DNA of 64,000 nucleotides from the human T2T-CHM13v2.0 reference genome, Homo sapiens, in assembly GCF_009914755.1 (NCBI RefSeq), contig NC_060930.1; one strand, 5' to 3'. The position numbers and the translations under genes are program-made. Positions 53,638-64,000 of this stretch are shown piece by piece; the first letter of the stretch is position 1, and every line of letters starts with the position of its first letter. Under the pieces are notes generated by a model. The model was not told the DNA's origin and made no database searches. It saw only the letters and a program-made list of their open reading frames with translations.

Positions 53638-53817
53638 GGGGAGTCACAGGGTTGGGGATTGCCCACTCCCCTGAGTTTTGGTTCTCCCAACCTTCTTCCT
53701 GGATACTTGTGACATAATCCCACTTCTCACTCCCATTGGGTGCCGGGTTTTTAGAGAAGCCAATCAGCTTCGCCGCGATCCCGGCACTACGATCCCGGCA
53801 CTACAGTCCCGGCGCAA
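53638..53817 (+). promoter_or_regulatory. HLA class I-type proximal promoter (enhancer A, ISRE, SXY, CCAAT, TATA-like), degenerate
   Basis: kB2 GGGGAGTCAC 53638-53647; kB1 GGGGATTGCCC 53654-53664; ISRE AGTTTTGGTTCT 53674-53685; X CCTGGATACTTGTGACAT ~53698-53715; Y ATTGG 53735-53739; CCAAT 53760-53764. Confidence 0.85.
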
Positions 53818-53851
53818 CCACCCGCACTCAGATTCTCCCCAAACGCCAAGG

Positions 53852-57180
<3,329 letters not shown>

Positions 57181-58199
57181 CCATTTTTGCTGTGCTGGGC
57201 CTGTTGTAGGTGGAGACAGGAGAGAGAGGGCTGTGAGGAGCTGAGTGTGGACAGCCTATGCTCAGTTCATCATGGAATTTGACGTGGTCATTCATTGGGT
57301 TGGTCATCTTCACTGCTCCATTGTTTGTGTCCCTTCAGTAGAACCTTGTTTCACCAGGACCTGTGATCACAGGCACACAAACATTGCCTGGGCCTTGTCC
57401 TGTCTCTAGGACCGTGGACAGCAAGGGCTTCATGGGCTGGGTCAGTCTATGGTCTGGCCCTAATATTTTGTATCATTATTTTTGGTTTCTTTGTTTCTGT
57501 AGAGGACTATGCCTGTTCCTGTTCTGGTGTCTGCGTTCTGATCTCTTTCTCCCCTGGGTGTCCCTCATCTCTGACAGCAGCAGGAGTCATTTTTCCTGTC
57601 ATTAACCCCACAAGGTGGAAGGCAGCCCCTGCACACAGAAGTCTGTGGTATTAAGAGATGAATTTTCAAGCCCGTGCAGCTTTTACCCTATTTCCAGGGC
57701 TCTTTCTTGGATTGTATTTTCTATCTTTTCCCCAACCTTTTTAAAGGAACTAGATTCTGAAATTAGCAGAGAAGAGGGATGCCACAAGTTCTCATCTTAG
57801 GTAACTTTCTAGTGGAACTCCTCTTCTGCTCAGCTCTCCTACCCACTCTCCCTTCCCTGAGTTGTAGTAATCCTAGCACTGGCTCTAATGCAAACTCATG
57901 GATCTATAAAGCAAAGTCTAACTTAGATTTATATTTGTTTGGAAATTGGGATTCATAGTCAAAGATTGTTCTTTCCTAAGAGGGAAATATAATTGCATGC
58001 TGCAGTGTGCAGAGGGTTGGTGTGAAGGAGGGATGCAGGGAGGAAGGGAGGGAGGACACACAAGCAGCACTGCTGGGAAAAGCACAGGCGGCCTGGATGT
58101 CAGTGTGAGGGGACCTTGTGCTGTCGTTGCTGCAAAACCGCATTTGGCCTGAGGCTATGTTAATAAAGATACTGCCTTTAGAATAGGAGGTGCTCTACA

Positions 58200-59330
58200 G
58201 TGATGATTCATTCAGCCGACATTTGCTGTCTGCCAGACATATGACAGAATGTTTTTGCATCTGGGGAAAGTCATTGAAGTAAAATCAGAAAAATCTCTAG
58301 CCTTGTGGAGCATGTGTTCCAGTGGGAAGAGGCAGACGGTACATACACTCTAATATATGCAGAGTAAATGAGGAAAGTGTTAGAAGGTGATAAGTGCTGT
58401 GGAACAGGTGATCAGAGTATGGGTTGTGGGACAGAGAAGGTAGCTATTGTGCCGGGGTTGTCAGCGTGGGCCTTGTTGGGAAGGTGACCTTTGATGAAAT
58501 ATTTGAAGGACATAAAGGAATTTGTCATGAGGGTATCTGGAAGAAGTTTTTTCTAGGGAGTAGGAACCTTCAGTGTCAGTGTACCAGGGCAGGATCATGT
58601 CTGTGTGTTCTGGGAAGAACACGGGATCGGGTATGGCTAGAGCAGAGAGTCACTGAGATAAGGTCAGGGGTTTGGTCAGATCATGTGGGCATAGGGCTCA
58701 AGTATGTGGGAAGGATTTTGATTTTGAATGAGATAGTTTTAAGCAGAATAAAGACATGCCACAACTTCTCTTTTAAAAGGATCACTGTAGCTGCTCTGCT
58801 GAGAACAGAATCCAAAGGCCGGCGATGAGCAAGGCAGGTGGGAAAACTGTAGGAAATGAGTGCAGTATTTCAGGCTGGAGATGTCGGTTACTTCAACTGG
58901 GGTGTGAGCAGTGGAAATAGTGGGACGTGATTGGATTCCTACTATTTCCAATCACTTTATACCGCATTTTCTAATGGACTAAATCTGTGGTATGAGAAAG
59001 AAGAGTAAAGGATACCAAAAATGTCAGACTGTGACTAAAAAGAGTTGCCATCAGCTGAGAATGAGAAGACTAGCAGGAGCATATGAGAGGAGGGGACGTC
59101 GCAGGCAGTCACTATGGGAGACGTGGGATCTGAGATGCCGCTGAGAAATACCAGTGAGGTAGTCGGGTTGGCAGTTGGACAGATGAATCTGGAGACATTT
59201 AGGAGAAATAGACTTGGGAGGTGATGTCATATAACAGTTATTTAAAGCCTTGAGTCTGAATGACGTCTCCAAGGGAGTGATTGGCTGTAGAAGAGAACAG
59301 GAACAAGGACTGAACACTAGGCCTCTGTTG
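58200..59330 (-). mobile_element. L2 3' region
   Basis: ATTCATTCAG...; TTTTAAAAGGATCACTGTAGCTGCT; GGCAGTTGGA...GAATCTGGAG. Confidence 0.7.
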
Positions 59331-60102
59331 CTAAAGGATCTGATCAGACAACACACCTAGATCAGACTGCACAGTCCTGACCCCACATCTAGAAGGTACA
59401 TAGACCAGGGAGTTCTAGACTTTCCTGTGGACAGGAATCACCTGGACATCACCTTAAGTCTAAGCTGATCTGGAATCGAGAATGAGATTTCCTACTTATA
59501 TAATGTTGCTGTTGGCGCTGATGCTGCTGGTCTTCAGATCCCACTTTTGGTAGCAAGAACACAGACCAGGATTCCTAGGCTATGCATCAGCCTCGCCTGT
59601 GAGGCTTGTTAATAAGCAATTCCTGCACTCCATGCGCAACATTCTGACACAGGGGCATCTGTGGAGAGGCCTGAGTATTCTACAACAAGCCCACAGCAAA
59701 CCTGGTGCTCAGCCAGATTTGATATCACTGAGATCAGTAGTTGGAGAATGCCCAGGATGGGGAGGGGTCTCAGACCCACATTTAAGTGTTGCTTTATTCT
59801 GGGTTTTTTATTTATTTATTTATTTATTTTTAAGGAGGATGTGTTTCTTTAATTATAAGACAGGATGCTGAGAGATAAATGTCATTTTCTCTATCATGGG
59901 GTATAGCCAGATGGAAGATTGAGAAGTGGCTCACAGCTCAGCAGAATGAAAAAATATCTGAATGCTGCTTTCTGAAACTACTCTCCAGAATGATTTCACA
60001 CTCACTCCTTGGAGCAAACAATGACTTGCAAATTTTTCTAATTTAAACATAAAGGAGTGTACATATTGGTATTAGTATTCATTTTATTTTGGGGAAGGGC
60101 AC

Positions 60103-60462
60103 TGTATTAGTCCATAGTCCGTTTTCACACTGCCGATAAAGACATACCCAACATTGGGAAGAAAAAGAGGTTTAATTGGACTTACAGTTCCATTTGGCTG
60201 GGGAGGCCTCAGAATCATGGTGGGAGGCGAAAGGCACTTCTTACATGGTGGTGGCAAGAGAAAATGAGGAAGAAGCAAATGCCAAAACCCCTGATAAACA
60301 CATTGGATCTCAGGAGACTTATTCATTATCATGAGAATAGCATGGGAAAGACTGGCCCCCATGATTCAATTACCTCCCCCTGGGTCCCTCCCACAACATG
60401 TGGGAATTCTGGGAGATACAATTCAAGTTGAGATTTGGGTGGGGACACAGCCAAACCACATT
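60103..60462 (-). mobile_element. THE1C-like solo LTR
   Basis: TGTATTAGTCC...GGGACACAGCCAAACCA; very similar to 49921-50284. Confidence 0.9.
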
Positions 60463-62442
60463 GGACACAGAACCAGGTTTGAAGCTACACAGCCAGGAAC
60501 ATAATCCACAGCCACCCTAATTCAGATCTCTCATAGGAACCACTGTCCCTGCTCCTGAGCACAGATGCTACTGCATATACCTCTGATACCCTGATGGCCG
60601 ACACTGGGCCCTGTGGCAAAGACTGCTATCACTGCTGCTCCTGAGAACTGCTCCACTACTGCTCCTCAGCCATCTTTACCAAAATGCAGTATTTACTGTC
60701 CCAGCCTCTCTGTGTCATCTCATCCTGATTAGAAGCCCACATGTGGTTATCTAAATTGTGCAGCCAAAGCCTCTTGCAGTGTTTAACTGCAATAATGTTG
60801 GGGAAAGTGAATTTTTCTCCTTTGTAGAAGGAGGTAGTCCCTGCCTTCTAATAAGACTCTTCAACATAGGAAGAGAATTCAGTTGCTGGAGGTAGAGGGG
60901 TGAGGGATGGAAAAAGAATGACAAATTTCAATTCCTAGAATCATGTTCTGAGACTAGAACTTTATCTAGTACATTGCAGGCACCTGGGTTTGGTTGAGTG
61001 TATAATAAATGACATAGTTCAACTTATTCCCTTGACAGTTTGTTTTGGGGTCCAGCTTTTGTCTACCCCAGTTTTCACACACAGATACGTGGAGAAGCAT
61101 TGTGTGATGGTAAAATGTTTACTTGAAAGCCTTTTTCCCTATCTTTGTCTCTTGCTAGGATTAAAAACCCGTATCTGTAAGACATCAGAGGATCCATGTA
61201 TACACTGACATTTTATATAAATTTTTAATATTTTGTTCTATCTGCACATGCTCCTAGGGAGAGTTATCTATACATTCACCAGTTTTAATGTGACTGCTCA
61301 CAGAAGCCTAAAAAACCATCCTAATTTAGATGCCATTTTACTCAAACTATTGTATGAACAGCTGATAACCATACTGTTTTTAGAAGACCCAGTGACATGG
61401 TATAAATGCTCATCTTTTGCTTGACTGTTACTAGTCTGGGGTGAGATAAAGTAGAGGTTTACTTGCATAGTTCACTCACAATTTCTATATGTATAGTATT
61501 GTGGGCTGCTAACAAACAGTCCACAGACCAGTGCTAGCCCACAGACTGCACTTTGAGAGTAGCATTGGTCTAGATGTACTTGTATTCCAGCATCTACCTC
61601 GGTGTCAGATTAATGGCAGGAATTAATCAGTAGCGAATGGGGATTCCATTTCCGGTAATAGGGTGAACTAGGTTTTAAAGCTGCCTCTTCTACCAAAAAC
61701 AACTAAAAAAGAGATGAAATGTGAAAATCACCCAAAAGTATAGAAATATAAAAAAGGGAATAATCTTTTTGGTCAAAATATAAATGTGGGCAGGATTTAG
61801 AAAAAGGGAAGTTGCTTTTATCTTGAGGGCGTTTGCCAAATCTGGAAAAATCTTAGCTTTGGTTTTCTCAGCTTCATATGGTATAGTGCAAAGGAGGTAA
61901 TTCTCAGAACTTGTTTGTATAGGGAGTATAAGAGGAGACACTTTTGTGTACCCCATGAAATATGGGAAACAAAAGATGTGTTTCCTCAGAGTAAGAAAAG
62001 AAAATCTGTTTCATCCCCCAGCACAAGAGTATTCTAAAGAAATTTGCCTTTGAGTCAGCAAAACCTGTTTTTGAGAATTTACAACCACCAGCCAGCACTC
62101 CTGCAGATTTGTTGCCCAAACTAGCTTTACCGTTTTGGGCCAAAATAACCTCAAAGCATGATTTTGATTAATAATTGTCCTGGATTAGCGATGATCCAAA
62201 AATTGGAAGAAGGAAACAAAAATCTTTATAGGAATGCATATTTAACCCATATGTCAAAGAATTTGCCCAAATAATTCTACAAGGAAAAAGCTGCTCAGAG
62301 CATGAACTGTATAAAGTACAAGTGGAGAAAAGTCAGTCTGATTGAGAACCAGTGGAAACAATAGATAAGAGGCTCATAAAGCTTCAATATTTGAATTATG
62401 AAACAAAATAACGTAACTAGTATTACATTTAAAATAATTATG

Positions 62443-62773
<331 letters not shown>

Positions 62774-63514
62774 CAAGCTTGAAAATGCCTACAGAATGTA
62801 TTAACCTAAAAATGACCTGTTTTTCAAAAGAACTAAAGTTAGTTTTTAGGAAGTAAAATTAACTTTGATTTTAAAATTTTTAACTTAGTTGAATTAAAAA
62901 TTGAAAAGTCATGATCTATTGACTTTTGCTTTGGATTATGATGGAATAACAAGGACCAGATTTACTCTCATGCCTTAAGCACAACAAACTCAAAATAATA
63001 TATGAAAAAATAGCTATGTACTCAGATACTAGACAGCAGGTATCCCAGAGACTGTGATCTCTGGGAGAAGGGGAATGGAAAAGGTAAGGTCTACAGTTGT
63101 CCAGCTTCCTTCCTGGACAGAGTTTCCAAGGCAGAGTGCAGAGAGGCAGAGCCCTAACCAGGAGGTTCACTGAGGTGAGGGGACAGAGTTGTGAACTTGG
63201 AGATTCCAGGACATCCAGAATATGCAAAGATGAAGGCACATAGAAAAGACAGCTGATGATAAAAAGCACTGTAAGTCTGCAGGAGGTACCCCTCAAATTT
63301 TCAGTTAATCAGCATATTATATAAGGGAACTACCCAAAGACAGGGAAAGAATTATCCGAAAGGACTTCAGAGAATAGTACCCAGTGATATACAGGGCTGG
63401 AAATAATGCCTGTTCCCACTAGCCAGACTGGAAAACCTCATAATTTGCTGAGCATTGGATAGAGTATTCTGAAGGGTCTTATGTCAGCAGTGGTAAATAA
63501 TTAGCCCTGGACTA

Positions 63515-63966
<452 letters not shown>

Positions 63967-64000
63967 TCATGTCTGGCATTAAATAAAAACAATCACCAGG

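Overview
Repeat-rich primate DNA that I recognise as the human MHC class I region (chr6p), running from the 5' end of TRIM26 to beyond the HLA-L pseudogene. Locus naming comes from recognised protein sequence and gene order, not from a database search. Main contents: (1) TRIM26 intron 1, non-coding exon 1 and CpG-island promoter (minus strand, ~7.3-8.7 kb). (2) A decayed, intron-containing TRIM26 paralogue (TRIM26BP, plus strand) with four reconstructable exons (32.5-38.3 kb) and no visible PRY-SPRY exons. (3) A near full-length L1PA (42.1-47.6 kb) whose 5'UTR intron is precisely spliced out. (4) HLA-L with promoter and eight exons (53.6-57.2 kb). (5) A compact full-length SVA, about 30 Alus, ERV1/MaLR LTRs, and old L1, L2, MIR and MER fragments. 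The most notable observation is that every coding lesion I found in HLA-L lies in exon 3 or its acceptor. Skipping that exon gives an intact 273-aa leader-alpha1-alpha3-TM-tail ORF with an HLA-G2-like architecture. I saw no rRNA, tRNA, CRISPR or prokaryotic systems, and most short ORFs in the track are repeat-derived. Repeat subfamily names and boundaries are by eye and approximate.
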